The notes under the pieces: model-generated
What the model was told of the DNA's origin: nothing
Seen by the model: the letters and a program-made list of their open reading frames with translations, nothing else
Databases searched by the model: none
Part shown: one piece after another, positions 45,899 through 57,700 of the stretch
Layout: every line of letters begins with the position of its first letter
Position numbering within the stretch: position 1 is the stretch's first letter
Position numbers and translations under genes: made by a program
Source of the DNA: an uncultured delta proteobacterium
GTDB lineage: Bacteria; Myxococcota_A; Polyangia; Polyangiales; Polyangiaceae
Length of the DNA stretch: 64,000 nucleotides
Assembly (NCBI GenBank): GCA_963763745.1
Contig: CAVXQJ010000016.1
Location: forward strand, 385,029-449,028
Reading direction: 5' to 3'

Positions 45899-46555
45899 TC
45901 AGATTCCGCCGTCCGACCCGATACACACGCCGAGCCAGATGCCCTTCGTGTTGAGCGGGAAGCAGGTCTTGCCGCCGGAGCAATCCGCGGTGCTGCCGCA
46001 GACTTGACCCTGACCGGCGCCGCACGCGGTGCCTTGCACGCAGCTCGTGCCTTTTTGCTTCGACACGAAGTCGTACGCCGTGCAGCCGAGGTCTTGCTGG
46101 ACTTGCGAACCCGCGTTCTCGCAGCAGACGTTGTTCGCCGGGCAGTCGTTCGTCTCCTGGCATTGGAAGTCCGCGTTGGTCGCCGCGTCTGCGGCGAAGA
46201 CGCAGCCTGCGTCTTGGCACGTCGATGCGCCGCTTCCGGGAACGCAGCAGTGTTGGCCGTTGTCGCACGCCGCGAACACGCCGCCGTCACCCTGGAACGG
46301 GCAGAAGGGGCCTGCGTCCGTCGTGAACGGCGCATTGGACGGAACGGTCTTGCAGTCCGCGCCCGCGTCGGCCGGGGCGTCGTTCTGGATCACGTCCTGG
46401 ACGACTTGGTCTTTCGTGTTCGTGTCACTCGACGTCTGGTCTTTGGTGCCTGAGTCCGTCGTCGTCGAGTCGCTGCTGCAAGCGCTCATGCTCGCGAGCA
46501 TCCCGAGACCCACGATTGCCCCACCACCAAGAATCCAAGCCAACTGCTTCTTCAT
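45899..46555 (-). CDS. cysteine-rich lipoprotein
   Basis: MKKQLAWILGGGAIVGLGMLASMSACSSD...; about 22 Cys. Confidence 0.55.
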   Translation of the reverse strand: MKKQLAWILGGGAIVGLGMLASMSACSSDSTTTDSGTKDQTSSDTNTKDQVVQDVIQNDAPADAGADCKTVPSNAPFTTDAGPFCPFQGDGGVFAACDNGQHCCVPGSGASTCQDAGCVFAADAATNADFQCQETNDCPANNVCCENAGSQVQQDLGCTAYDFVSKQKGTSCVQGTACGAGQGQVCGSTADCSGGKTCFPLNTKGIWLGVCIGSDGGI

Positions 46556-46637
46556 GTTCAATCTCTCCGTAGGACGCGCGGTCTCCCACACGTTCACCCC
46601 TGTCGTCAAGTCGACGCGTGGGGCTCGTGCGTGAATG

Positions 46638-47690
46638 TCACGCCAGGGTCTTGGCGATCACACGAATTCGCTCGAACACCCAGGGCAGGGGAGCGGGGCC
46701 AAAGACGGTCGGGAGATTGAGGCGTTCGCGGCGCGCGAGCTCCCAATCGACGACGCGCCCCCAAAAGAGGACATTGAACGTCGCGAGCGCGAAGCCCGCG
46801 ATGATGTCGATCAGGTAGTGCCACCGCAAAAACATCGTCGCGCCGATGATTTGCGACACGCAAAACGCGAGGATCGGCCACGTGTACCGGAACGGGAAAT
46901 GTTTGCGATGCACGAACGCGAAGATGGCGAAGAACGTCGGCGCGCCCGTGTGGAGGCTCGGGAAGATGTCCTTCAGCGCGCCGGCCGAGTGCACGCCTTG
47001 AAGCACCGCGGGCCACCATACGGGGCCCGAGAGCTCGTGCGAGAAGTGGAGCTCGTGGTACGGGCCGAACCCCGGCACGATGAAATAGAGCACGTGCGTG
47101 ATGCAGAACTGCGCGACGAGCCCCGTGCCGAAGTGACGAAGGAGCTTGCCGTCACCCGCGAGCGAGAGAAACGGAAGCACGTTGAACGCGAGGATCGCGA
47201 AGTAGCCGAGATAGAAAAACGCGAACCACTCCGTCGTCGATTGCGTCACGTACTTGTCCCACGCGACCGACGGCTCGTAGTGAAAGACGCGCATGTCGAA
47301 CGCGTAGATCTGCTGATCGAGCGCGCGCGTGTTGATCGCGGGCAGAATCCACCGGAGCTGGAAGTACGAGAGCACGACCGGCGCGGTGATGCCGATGCGA
47401 TAGAGCGCCGACGCGGCGACGCCGCGCACGACCTCGCCGCGCACGAGCACGAACGCGAGGATGAGCATCGCGAAATCGATGCAGACGTCTTTGAGCGAGC
47501 CCCAGCAGTTCGCGTTGCGCGTCGCGAGCAGCGCGATGACGAGCGTGATGAAATACGTCGTCGCGATCCAGTCGACGACGGCCATGTTGCGCACGACGCG
47601 ACGGACTAGCGTCGGTTCTTCGAGCGTCGCGGCCCGCGCGTTGGGATACGCCGGTTGGAACATCGTTTCGTGTCGAGGGGTGGAAGCCAA
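46638..47690 (-). CDS. PAP2-superfamily integral membrane protein (phosphatidic acid phosphatase type 2 / AUR1-like)
   Basis: 350 aa polytopic; ...FPSLHTGAPTFF... and ...RWHYLIDIIAGFALA motifs. Confidence 0.6.
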   Translation of the reverse strand: MASTPRHETMFQPAYPNARAATLEEPTLVRRVVRNMAVVDWIATTYFITLVIALLATRNANCWGSLKDVCIDFAMLILAFVLVRGEVVRGVAASALYRIGITAPVVLSYFQLRWILPAINTRALDQQIYAFDMRVFHYEPSVAWDKYVTQSTTEWFAFFYLGYFAILAFNVLPFLSLAGDGKLLRHFGTGLVAQFCITHVLYFIVPGFGPYHELHFSHELSGPVWWPAVLQGVHSAGALKDIFPSLHTGAPTFFAIFAFVHRKHFPFRYTWPILAFCVSQIIGATMFLRWHYLIDIIAGFALATFNVLFWGRVVDWELARRERLNLPTVFGPAPLPWVFERIRVIAKTLA

Positions 47691-47783
47691 ATGAGTCCCC
47701 AGTTTCTCGATGTCGTCAACGTTCCGCCATGAGCTTTTTACCGCGAATGAGCGTGCGCGGTGCGAAGCGGCGTGTTCAGTTCG

Positions 47784-49324
47784 TCACTCGTCGTCGCGCG
47801 CTGCGCGGACGCGAACGAGGCCGGGGCCTGCGACGAGCTTCGCTTGGCACGCGAGCCTGCGGTCGGGCGGGCCTTGGCCAAACGCGTCGAGCACTTGGAT
47901 TTCGTCGTCTTCCGCGGGTGCGAGGAGATTTGCCCCCTCGAGAACGACGAGGCGACACGTGCCGCAGCTCGCGCTCCGACACGAAAACGGAATCGGCGCG
48001 TTGTAGGTGTCGCAGAGGTCGACGAGGGCAGCGCCTTGCGGAACGTCCGCCTCCGCTGTTTCCCCCTCGAGCCCGATGAACACGATGCGCGGCATGCGCG
48101 GCTTCTTTACACGCGTTCGAGCAGAGATCGCATGCTCCAAGCGCGGCGCGCCATAAAACGCGCGGTGGTCGTGGAAGTGCGGTCGCGGTTGCGAGGCGCG
48201 CGCGACGACGGAGAAGCCGTGACGCGGCGCGAGCGTGGCGAACGTGGCGTCCGCGCGCACCGCGCGACCGCCGAGCTCCGAGTCCGCGATGACGAACGCG
48301 GCGCGCGCGCGTGCCGCGAGGACGCGGTGCATCGCGCGGAGCGCGGCGCCGAGCTGCGATTCCCACTCTTGCGCGGCGCGCGGGCCGCCGCGTCCGAAAT
48401 CGCGTCGCGCGCCCATTTCGTTTTGTTCGAGCCTGCGCGAATGGAGCCCGAGCCATCGCATGCGAAGGGCGTGGTGCGCGGCGTAGTCGTACGTGCCGAC
48501 GTACGGCGGCGACGTGACGAGCGCGCCCGCTTCGCCGTCGCGCACTTTGACGAGCTCGCGCGCGTCATCGACGAAGACGAGAACGCGCGGACGCGGCGTG
48601 GGCATCTTCTCCGCGAACGCGCGCCGCCGCGCGACGAGCTCCTCCGTTTTTCTCACGAAGAGCTTCGCCGTGTATCCCGCGGCGATTCGCTTCGGCGCGG
48701 ACTCGAGCGACGTGTCCGCTTTTCGGCGGCTCACCTTGGTGAGGATCGCGCTGAGCGCGACGCGCAAATCGTCGCGCACGATTCCGTCCGTTTCGCGCTC
48801 GATCGCGTCGCGCACGCTGTCGAGCTCGAGGAGCACGTGCGGATCGAACGCCTCGACGTCTTCCGCTCCGTACCGTTTGTGCGCGCCCGCCTTCTTCGTG
48901 CGGCGCTCGTCGGCGCGCTCGCGGACTCGAGCGGCAGCCGCGAGGAGCTTCTCGTCGTGCGCCGCGTCGCACGGCGCGAGCTTGCGCGTCGCGAGAAGTA
49001 CCGCGAGCGGATTGAGGTCCGTCCCGATCGCGTCGCGCCGCGCGAGCATCGCCGTCGCGAGCACGGTCCCCGATCCGCAAAACGGATCGACACCTTCGTC
49101 CCCGCGACGCTGGTGAGCTCGACGAGCCGCGCCGCCATGTCGGGGTGCATGCGCGCCGGGTACACGTGGAACCCGTGCACGTGCGCGCGACTCGGATCGC
49201 CATCCTCCTCGCGCGAAGGCGCAACGTCGAGCGCGTGCGCGAGCGCGAGCGACTCTTCCCGCGCCCCGACGCGCGTGACCGCTCCACCGACGTGCGTCAG
49301 CGAGCGCCGCCGCGCCTCGCTCAT
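47784..49324 (-). CDS. UPF0020/COG0116-type SAM-dependent RNA/DNA methyltransferase fused to a C-terminal 2Fe-2S ferredoxin domain; one frameshift near 49085
   Basis: N-terminal 75 aa (from ATG 49324: ...HVHGFHVYPARMHPDMAARLVEL...) sit in one frame. The rest is in track ORF 47784..49064: motif I VLDPFCGSGTVLATA, motif IV LVTSPPYVGTYDY. In-frame C-terminal ferredoxin: PRIVFIGLEGE...FSCRSASCGTCRLVVLEG...RLACQAK. Confidence 0.6.
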
Positions 49325-50013
49325 TTCGCCGTCTCCGTCCCCGACTCCGTCTCTGTCTCCGACTCCGTCCCCGACTCCGCCCCCGTCTCCGTCTCCGTCT
49401 CCGTCTCCGTCTTCGTCACCGTCGCCGCGATTCGCACCGGCTCCGCAACACGCACGTGCCCTTGCACTGCGAGCGCGGCTTCGACGTCCGCCTCCGCGAT
49501 GTGCAGCCCGGCGGCGATCTCCGCAGGCGTTTTGTCCTTCGCGACGAGCGCCTCGATCGCGGATTCGTACGCGCGCTCCACCGCGCCGCGCAGTCGCTTG
49601 CGCTCCGTCGCCGCGCGACGCGACGCGCGCGACGCGAGAAGCGCGAGGACGACGCCCGACGCGATCAGCACGCCTGCGATGACGAAGCTCACCGGCGCGA
49701 GCATGATCGCGAGCAAGAGAAGCCCGCCTGCGGGGACCCCGAGCGCGTACGTCATGAGCTTTTGCATCGCCGCCGTGCGCTGAGCGTTCGACGCTTCGCG
49801 CAGCGCGACGGCGGACTCTTCCGGAAGCGGCGCGCTCTCCGGCATCACGACGCGCGGCGCGCCACATACCGCGCACACCCAGCGGAGATCCGGATCGGGC
49901 AGCGTCTTCGCGAACGCGCCACACGCGGGACAGCGCGCGCTCTCGCCGTATAGCTTCGTGAGGTTCTCCTCGCCGGGCGACGGCGCGAACGCCCCCGGTT
50001 GAGTGGGAAGCAT
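49321..50013 (-). CDS. zinc-ribbon membrane protein with a C-terminal (TE)n repeat tail
   Basis: CPACG...CAVCG ribbon, one TM, C-terminal TKTETETETETGAESGTESETETESGTETAK. Its stop overlaps the methyltransferase ATG (ATGA). Confidence 0.55.
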   Translation of the reverse strand: MLPTQPGAFAPSPGEENLTKLYGESARCPACGAFAKTLPDPDLRWVCAVCGAPRVVMPESAPLPEESAVALREASNAQRTAAMQKLMTYALGVPAGGLLLLAIMLAPVSFVIAGVLIASGVVLALLASRASRRAATERKRLRGAVERAYESAIEALVAKDKTPAEIAAGLHIAEADVEAALAVQGHVRVAEPVRIAATVTKTETETETETGAESGTESETETESGTETAK

Positions 50014-50068
50014 GCACCGGCATTATCACGTGTAAGGTGCCGGCGTGCGAATGCGTTACTTTGATCGA

Positions 50069-50413
50069 ATGATCCGTGCTCGAGCCGTCTCCGCCGCCTT
50101 CGTCTGCGCCTTCGTCGCGGCGTGTGCGTCCGAATCGAGCTCGCAAAAGTCCACGACGCCGGCGAACGGCGGCGAGACGCACCCAGCCGAGTGGTACGAG
50201 ATCGGCAACGCCCGCACGGATTTGCAAAAGAGCGAGCGCGACGTCGACGCGGCGATGTCCGACTGCGAAGCCGCGTGCAAGGCGCTCGCTTCTCTCGAGC
50301 GCGCGGTGAATCACATCTGCGCCGTCGCCGACGCCGAGGAGTGCAACGACGCCCGCATGCGCGCCCTCAACGCGCGCAAAGCCGTGAACGACAAGTGTGG
50401 CGGCTGCAGGTAA
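50069..50413 (+). CDS. small lipoprotein (lipobox VAACAS)
   Basis: MIRARAVSAAFVCAFVAACAS...; 114 aa. Confidence 0.5.
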   Translation: MIRARAVSAAFVCAFVAACASESSSQKSTTPANGGETHPAEWYEIGNARTDLQKSERDVDAAMSDCEAACKALASLERAVNHICAVADAEECNDARMRALNARKAVNDKCGGCR

Positions 50414-51177
50414 ATCCTCGCGTTTCGCGGAGCGAATCGCGATGAGACAAGTCCAGCCTGAGGTAGCGCGAAGCGCGCGGACGAGGGCCAGCGTCGAGGA
50501 GCGAAGCGCCGAGCGCGAGTTCGGGGTGGACGATGGTCGTCCCGCGGGCGGATTGAACGTGAACTTCGCCGGATCGATCGTCTGATTGATCTGCGCGTTC
50601 GAAAATCGAATCGATTGCGATTCTGCTGCCCGTCCAAATCAAAACGCGCAGCACCTGCGACGTCCCCGAGTCGACGTAGAAGAGCACCTTCGTGTACGCG
50701 GGCGTCACGGTCTTCGGCGTGCCGATGAGCACGAACCCGCCTTGGAAATTCATCTCGGGTTTGATCTCGAACGTGAAGTTCGAATCCAAGCTGCCTTGTC
50801 CCGTGAGAAACGAGAGCGCCGCCGGATACTGCGATTGATCGACGGTCTGCTCGTACATCTGTTTGTTCGCGGCTTCGTAGACGCGGAGCTTCGAGCCGTC
50901 GGAGACGATGCGGTTGTCTTTCGGGTCGGTGTATTCCCAGTCCATCTTGCCGGGCTTCGAGAAGATGACGTGACCGTTCGACGTCTTCGTCGTGTTGTAC
51001 GCGCGCGCCATGTACTGCTGCGTGAAGTCGGCGCTGAAGGTCGTCGTGCGGTTGTAGAACCCCTGCACGTTGGCGACCGCCGTCGCGACGTTCGGCGCCG
51101 TTTGATTCTGCGCGCTCGCGTGCGGCGCGACGAGCGACGACCGCGAGGAGCAGGCTTCGGACGAGCTTGCGAATCAT
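50367..51177 (-). CDS. lolA: outer-membrane lipoprotein carrier protein LolA (frameshifted in this sequence)
   Basis: Signal MIRKLVRSLLLAVVA from ATG 51177 in one frame; mature LolA (QGFYNRTTTFSADFTQ...GKMDWEYTDPKDNRIVSDGSKLRVYE...) in a second frame; LDGQQNRNRFDF and FTFNPPAG motifs again in other frames. Coordinates approximate. Confidence 0.55.
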
Positions 51178-51268
51178 GGTCTCACCTGGTTGGACGATGA
51201 TGTTTGTGCACCATTCACCGCGGGTGACGCAACCGCGAAAACGGGGTTCGCGAGATCGATCGATCCCA

Positions 51269-51799
51269 TCATCGTCTCCGCGCGGAAATCATTGTATTCT
51301 GCAAATGAGTCACCGCGAGCGCGAGCGCGTCCGCGGCGTCCGACGCGGGCGGCGAGGGGAGCGAGGATGACGCGGATCATTTGCGCGACCTGCGCTTTGT
51401 CGGCGCGTCCGTTCGCGGCGACCGAGCGCTTCACCCGCGCGGGCGGATACTCGTGAACCTCGAGCTCTGCGCGGCCGCACACGAGCATCGCGACGCCGCG
51501 CGCATGACCGAGCTTCGCGGCGGCCGTCGCGTCCTTGGCGAAGAAGAGCGTCTCCATGCTTGCTGAATGCACGGACGATGCGCGCGATCACGCCGTCGAG
51601 CGCGCGTTCGAGATCACGAGACGGGCGCGAGCGGCATCATCCCCGAGGGCGATCACACCATGCGCAACATGCGCGAGGCGCGTGCCATTCCGCGCAACGA
51701 CACCCCAACCGAATCGGCGCGTGCCGGGATCGATGCCGAGGACGACGACCTCTCGTTCACCTGTCCGGGCCTCCGGCGCCGATGGCCGGCATCAGCCGC
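51269..51799 (-). CDS. ruvC: crossover junction endodeoxyribonuclease RuvC (frameshifted in this sequence)
   Basis: [19 protein letters not shown] near the N-terminus; ...[50 protein letters not shown]; C-terminal [16 protein letters not shown] in another frame, with the stop at 51271-51269. Confidence 0.6.
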
Positions 51800-52542
51800 T
51801 CAGAGTCGCGAGTTCTTCGTCGGAGATGTCGAAGTCGGCGAAGACGTTTTGCACGTCGTCGTGATCGTCGAGCGCTTCGGCGAGGTTCAGCGGCGACTTC
51901 CGCGTCGCGGCCCGTGATCGGCTTCTTGTTTTTCGGGAGGAACGCGATAGACGGCCTTTTTACGGCGATTTTGGCCTCCTCGAGCGCTTCGAGCACCGCG
52001 TTGAGCGACTCGGCCGGCGTCGTCACGTGCCACTCGTCGCCTGTCGGCCGCGTAGTCCTCCGCGCCTGCGCCGACCGCGATTTCCATGAGCTGGTCTTCG
52101 GTCGACGGCGGCCTTCGCGATCGGATGGTGCCCTTGCGATCGAACGCCCAACCCGCGGTCCCTCCGCCGCCGAGCACGCCGTTGTGCTTCTCGAAGATTT
52201 CCGAATCTCGGCGACGGTGCGGTTGCGGTTGTCGGTCATGCCTTCGACGAAGAAGAGCGTGCCGCTCGGGGCCGGTGCCTTCGTAGAGGACTTCTTCGTA
52301 GACGGCGCCTTCGATCTCGCCCGTGCCGCGTTTCACGGCGCGGTTGATCGTGTCGTTCGGCATCGCGTTGCCCTTCGCGTCGCGCGATCGCTTTGCGCAG
52401 GCGCGGGTTGCCCGACGTCGCTGCCGCCCATGCGCGCGGCGACGGTGAGTTCTTTGATGAGCTTCGTGAAGAGCTTGCCGCGCTTGGCGTCAATCGCGCC
52501 CTTCTTGTGCTTGATCGTTGCCCATTTCGAGTGGCCACTCAT
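51800..52542 (-). CDS. yebC: YebC/PmpR-family transcriptional regulator (DUF28), frameshifted in this sequence
   Basis: [32 protein letters not shown] (52542-); [30 protein letters not shown]; [14 protein letters not shown]; C-terminal ...[30 protein letters not shown] ending at TGA 51802-51800. Confidence 0.6.
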
Positions 52543-52545
52543 GAT

Positions 52546-53010
52546 TCACTCCGATGCAGAAGCGCCGACGCGCTTCAAGAGCGCGGTGACTTTCGCCTTC
52601 GCGATGCCTGCGGCCTTGCCGATCGCGTGGAGCACCGACGATTCTTTCTTGTCGATGCCGCCGCTTGCTTGCGCGACGAACGCGGCGAAGAGGAGCCCGG
52701 CTTCGGGCTGACCGAGCTCTTTGAGCTTCGCGCCGACCGCGTCCGCGCGCTTCGCGTCGCCGTCCGCTTTCATGCGCGCCTGGCAGCCTTCGAGGAGCTG
52801 TTCGACTTCCCATTCGATGACCGCGCCCGTCGAGAGGATCTCGATCGCGCGAACGAGCATCGCGCGCTCTTCGTCGTCGACCGTGCCGTCCGCGCTCGCC
52901 GCGAGGAAGCCGGCTTCGGCGGCCGTCGCGAAGACTTCGTTCTGCTTTGGAACGGCGAGATCTTTCTTGATGTCGTTGGCGTGCTTTTCGATGTCGGCGA
53001 AATCGGGCAT
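52546..53010 (-). CDS. TerB-like (tellurite-resistance TerB / DjlA-N-like) domain protein
   Basis: 154 aa from MPDFADIEKHANDIKKD...; amphipathic helical bundle character. Confidence 0.5.
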   Translation of the reverse strand: MPDFADIEKHANDIKKDLAVPKQNEVFATAAEAGFLAASADGTVDDEERAMLVRAIEILSTGAVIEWEVEQLLEGCQARMKADGDAKRADAVGAKLKELGQPEAGLLFAAFVAQASGGIDKKESSVLHAIGKAAGIAKAKVTALLKRVGASASE

Positions 53011-53049
53011 GGGGGAAACGTATACCAGACCGCTGATACAATCAGCTCG

Positions 53050-53990
53050 ATGTCGACGGATTTCGCGTTCGCGGGAACGTTCGTTTTCAAGAGCGCCGCG
53101 GAGCTCGCCGCGTTCGTCCGTGACCAGTCGGAGCTCACGAGCCTTTCGCTCAGCGAGCACGGTTTCGTCGAGCTGCACGCGAACAAGCGAAAGAAAGAAG
53201 CGACGCTCGAGGGGTTCGAAGAGAAATCGATTTATGGGTCGGACGTCGCGCCGCTCGTGCGAAGAGCGCTCGATTCGGTGACGGAAAATTCGGGTCGTGG
53301 CGAGCTCGTCGAGATCGACACGGGCGGTCTCGGCGAACGCTTCTCGGTCGACAAGGGATTGATCTCGACGCACGCGCTCACCGAAGACGATGCGAGGGCG
53401 GAGTGGGCATCGCCGCGCTTCTCGCGTGTGCGAGCGCGCTTGGAACGCTACGTCGAAGCGCTACGCGCGAAGTCGGGGATGCAAGAGGTTCCGGCTGCGA
53501 TCATCGCGACGCCGAAGAACATCCGTGAGGCGCGCCGCGCGCTCCAGCGCGCGCAGCTCAGTTGGGTCGGCGCGACGGATGGCCTCGAAGCCGCGCGACT
53601 CCTCCTCGATCGCGATCCATCCGCGGAAGCAGTCGACATCGTCCTCGACGCGATCGAACGAAAGTGGGCGCACGGCGGACCGCCGATGATGCTCGGCTCC
53701 GACGAAGCCATCATCCGCAGCTTGCTCGTCCATCACGCGCACCCGCACATTGCCGCGCGCGCACGCACGAGGCTCGCGGCGATCGAAGACAGCGGTCGAA
53801 GCGACCGCGCCGCGAAGCGCGTGTGCGAGGGCTTGAGATTTCTCTTCTCGAGACGCGCCGAGCTACTGGAGCTTGACGCGCGTCGACGCGAGGAACGAAT
53901 CGTCCACTTTGCGCGCGCTGTCGACGAACTCGCCGTAGCGCGCGGGCGCGACGGTGCCCGTCGTGACGACGAGACCGAACTCGTCCTCGA
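53050..53990 (+). CDS. hypothetical protein (3' end uncertain)
   Basis: Starts MSTDFAFAGTFVFKSAAELAAFVRDQ... with a good protein-like translation for at least 280 aa. The frame degrades towards 53.9 kb. Confidence 0.4.
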
Positions 53991-56900
53991 TCACGTTTTG
54001 CGACACGGTGATCGCGCGCTTCGCTTCGAGGTTCGACGATTCGAATGTCGGCGGGGCCCGGTGATTTCGACGACGCTCGCCGTCTTCGGGAGCTCGACGC
54101 GCCGGTGCGCGTGGTACTGCACCGCGTGACTGAATCGCGAGCGCGCTCTCGCGCGCGGCTTCGGCCCGCGTACGTCGCCGTGAGCGTCGTCACGAGCGCG
54201 CGCGGGAAGACGTAGTGGATCGGATCGAGCCCCGGAAGGAGCCACGCCTTCGTCTTCGCCTTGCCTTGCTCTGCTCCGTCGGCCTGCGCGTAGCCGGGCA
54301 CGGTGATCTCGGCGCGGAGCGCGATCTGCCAGCTGCCTTCGCTCGACGAGAGCGCGACCTCGTCGACGTTCGCGAACGGCACCCAGCCGAGCGCGACGCC
54401 GCGGAGCGCCTTCTCGCGCTCGAAGCCGACGAGCGTGACGAGCGCCTCGGCGATCTCCTGCGCGGCGCGTCCGCGGAGGAGCACCGTGAGCTCGCCCTTC
54501 GCGTCGCCCTTGTCGTCGAGCGACGAGACGGATGTCGACCTCGTCGCGCTCCTTCTCGACGCGACATCGCCGGCAGCGCTCGATGCGTGCCGTCCGCGAA
54601 GAGAGCCGCGCGGCCGCGGAGCTCGGGCGAGATGCGCCCGGCGGGAGCGGCGGACCCGGCACGTCGGCGTCGATCCACACGTCTTCGTCTTTTCCGTTTT
54701 GCCGACACGTGCGCGATCGCGAGCGGATGCAGGAAGCGGCCGAAGTGCGGGGGAAACGCGGGGTCCGCGCTGAACGGATCGTTCTCCGCGACGACGACGT
54801 CGACCTGGACGCCGAGCTCGCGGAGCGCGCGCGCGATGAGCCACGTGCGGCGCCCTTCGTGCATTGATGAGGATCGTGCGCGCGGTCATCGCTGCGCGCG
54901 TCGGGCCGACGCCGAATCCGAAGTCGGCGATGAGCGCTGCGGCGATGCTTCGCGCACGGTCTCGCCGCGCGCGCGCGACGATCGCGTCGACGAGCTCGCG
55001 CGCTTTGCGTCTGCGTGATTCGCGCGCCGACATGCGCGGCCCACGCGTCACTTCGTCGTCGTGCTCGTCGAGCGCGGCGAGCGTCTCGTGGAGCGCGCGC
55101 GCGACGTGCGCCACGACGTCGTGCCGAGCACGATGCTGACGTCGCGCTCCGGTCTTCGGCGACCCGTCCTCGATGCGACGCGCCGTTGTGATCGACGAGC
55201 GACCACTTGAGCACGCGCGCGCGCGCCGTCGTGCGACTCGGCCGCCTTGCCGAGCATCGGGTGAGCCCAGAGCGACGGCTTGAGCGACGCGGGCAGGCGT
55301 GAGCTCGATGTCGGCGCGCGCGACCGCGGTGCGCTCGGGGAGGAGATCGGGCGTGTCGATGCCGATGTCGCCGGTCTCGGCGGGGATCGCCACACCCTTC
55401 GTAGAGCGCCTCGACGATGTCGCCTTGCTCGAGCTGCGCGAGGTCCGCGTGGCTTTGCGCCGCGTTCGGCGTGCGATCGGGCTCGAGCACGCGTCCGTCC
55501 TTCTTGAAGATGCGGCGGCGGAGGACGCGCATCGTGTCGCGGCCGAGCAAATCGGCGGAACGCGCGCTGCGCGTTCTGCTTCGACGTCGGTCGTGCCGCT
55601 CACGCGGCGCACGTCGAAGACACGTAATGCACGAGCCCCGCGTCGCTCGACGTCGTAGCGCTCGGTGTGCGCCAGGATCGCCGTCGCCGCGTTCGGCGAG
55701 CATCGGCGATGTCGCGATCCTCGGCGGCGAGCCTCTCTCGGCGACGCCGTCGAACTCGCGTCGCGGGATCGTCGCCGAGCGTGCGGAGAAGCGTCGGGAG
55801 CGAGCCTGGGCGCGTCGCGTCGCGCCGTGCGGCGGCCGTGAGTCGCGCGCGCAGCGCGCTCGGATCCTTGGCGAGTGCCTTCGATCGATAGCATCGCGGA
55901 GAGCGTGCGTTCGCCGGGGAGGAGCTCGGCCTCCGCGCGTGCGTGCGCGCGCGAGTCGTCCTTCGCGAGCACGTCGCGCAGCGAGGAACGCCGAGGTACG
56001 CGTGCGGCGCGCCGCGCACGCTCGCGAACGCGCTCGAGCTCGCGTTCGCCGCGCCGACGCTTCCCGATTTCGCGGAGCGCGTCGTAGCAATCGAGCGATC
56101 GCGCGGTGCGCGCCGGCGCGGTCGCGCACTCGAACGCGACGTGCTCGTCCGCCGAGCGCTGAACGCCGCGCGCTCGGCGTCGCGGAGAGAGCGCCGTTCC
56201 CGCGAACGGCCCCTTCGCGCGCTCGAACGCGTCGCGCGCGCGTTCGTAGAGGCCCTCGCGCCCCGCGATCGCCGCTTCGAACGCGTCGAGCAGCGGCGTC
56301 CGGCGGGGCCTTCGCCTTCGCGCGTTGCTCGTCGAGATCCTGAGCGCTTCGATGCGCGCTCGCTCGCGCCGCGTGCGCACGCCGGCGAGCACGCGTGCGC
56401 GAGCGCCGCTTCCCACGCGTCGGCGCACGTCTCGAGCACCCTGCTCGTACGCCGCGCGCGCGCGCTCGGCGCGGTGCGACTGACGTCGAGATCGCGCGCC
56501 GTCTTCGACGGCGCGCGCATACACGAGGAGAAGCTCGGGCGGCGCGTTCGTTCGTCGCGCGTCCTCGAGCGAGGACGCTCCGCGGTGTCGCGCACGTCGC
56601 CCGCGGCGAGCGCGGCCGAGCGCGAGCGCTCGTCGTCTCGTCTTCGCCTTGGGCGACGCCGGCGAGGCGACGCGTGCGCCGTTCGTCGCCGCGGACGTCG
56701 CCGCGATCGCCGGCGTTCGGCGCGTGCAGCGCGAGCGCGTCGCCCTTCGTCGCCGACGCGCCGATCTCGACGTGTCGCCGTCGTCGTCCATGCCGACTCG
56801 CGCGACGAGGCGCACGCGGCCCCTGCCGACGTGAACGCGCGCGAATCGCGTCGACGTCCGTCGGCGCCGAGCTCGTACGGCGCGATCGATCACGAGCGCC

Positions 56901-57700
56901 GCCGACGCGCAGACGTCGCCGCGCGTCGGCTTGGAGCACCACGCCGATGTCTTGCTCGCTCGGCACGTCGACGTCGACGACGACGTCGCGCACGCCGTGC
57001 TGCGCGTTCCGGCGCGGAGATCGACGTGCACGCACGTGCGACCTTCACGATCGACGGGCGCGAGCTTTCGTGCCGAACGGGCCCGGGAGCGCGTACGCCG
57101 CGTCGAGGGGCGCATCGAACTGCGTCGAGCGGCGCCGGCCGTCGCTGCACGCTCGATGATCGCGCGCCCACGTCGACGGGCCGAGGACCGTCGCGTCGCG
57201 CGCGCAACCGCTCGCCGACGCGCCATCTCTCCGCGTCCGTCGCGTCGCCGAGCTGCGCGCGTGCGCTCGGCGAGCGAGCGCGCGATGAGCCCCGCGCCGA
57301 ACGGATCGGTGCCGCGACCGAGCGCTCGTTCGAGAGCGCGGCGAGCACGCGGCTCGAGACGTCGTTTCTGGCGGAATCGATCGAGCGCGCGTGTGCGAGC
57401 CGATGCGTCTCCGAGCGCGGTCGACGCCGCCGTCCGAGATCGCATCGAGCGCGCCGAGGATCGCCGCGACGCGAGGCGCGTCCGCATCGACGCGCAGTCG
57501 CGACCGCGGCGTCGACGCGCTCGCGTAGAGCTCGATCGCCTTCGCCGGATCGCCGTCGCCTCATCTGCGCGCGCGACGCGTCCGCGAACGGCTTCGCGAG
57601 CTCCGCGGCCGCCGTGCTCCGGAGATTTCGCACCCGGCCCGCACGCCGCCGCGAGCACCGATCACCGTCGATGGCAACGAACGCGCTTCATTGCGCACCT
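53990..57700 (-). pseudogene. large DUF3857-family secreted protein gene, heavily frameshifted (coordinates approximate)
   Basis: Protein-like islands in reverse frames: RRIFKKDGRVLEPDRTPNAAQSHADLAQLEQGDIVEALYEG (DUF3857-like), GELTVLLRGRAAQEIAEALVTLVGFEREKALRGVALGWVPFANVDEVALSSSEGSWQIALRAEITVPGY, IADFGFGVGPTRAAMTARTILINARRAPHV, DAFERAKGPFAGTALSP. No single long ORF. Confidence 0.35.
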
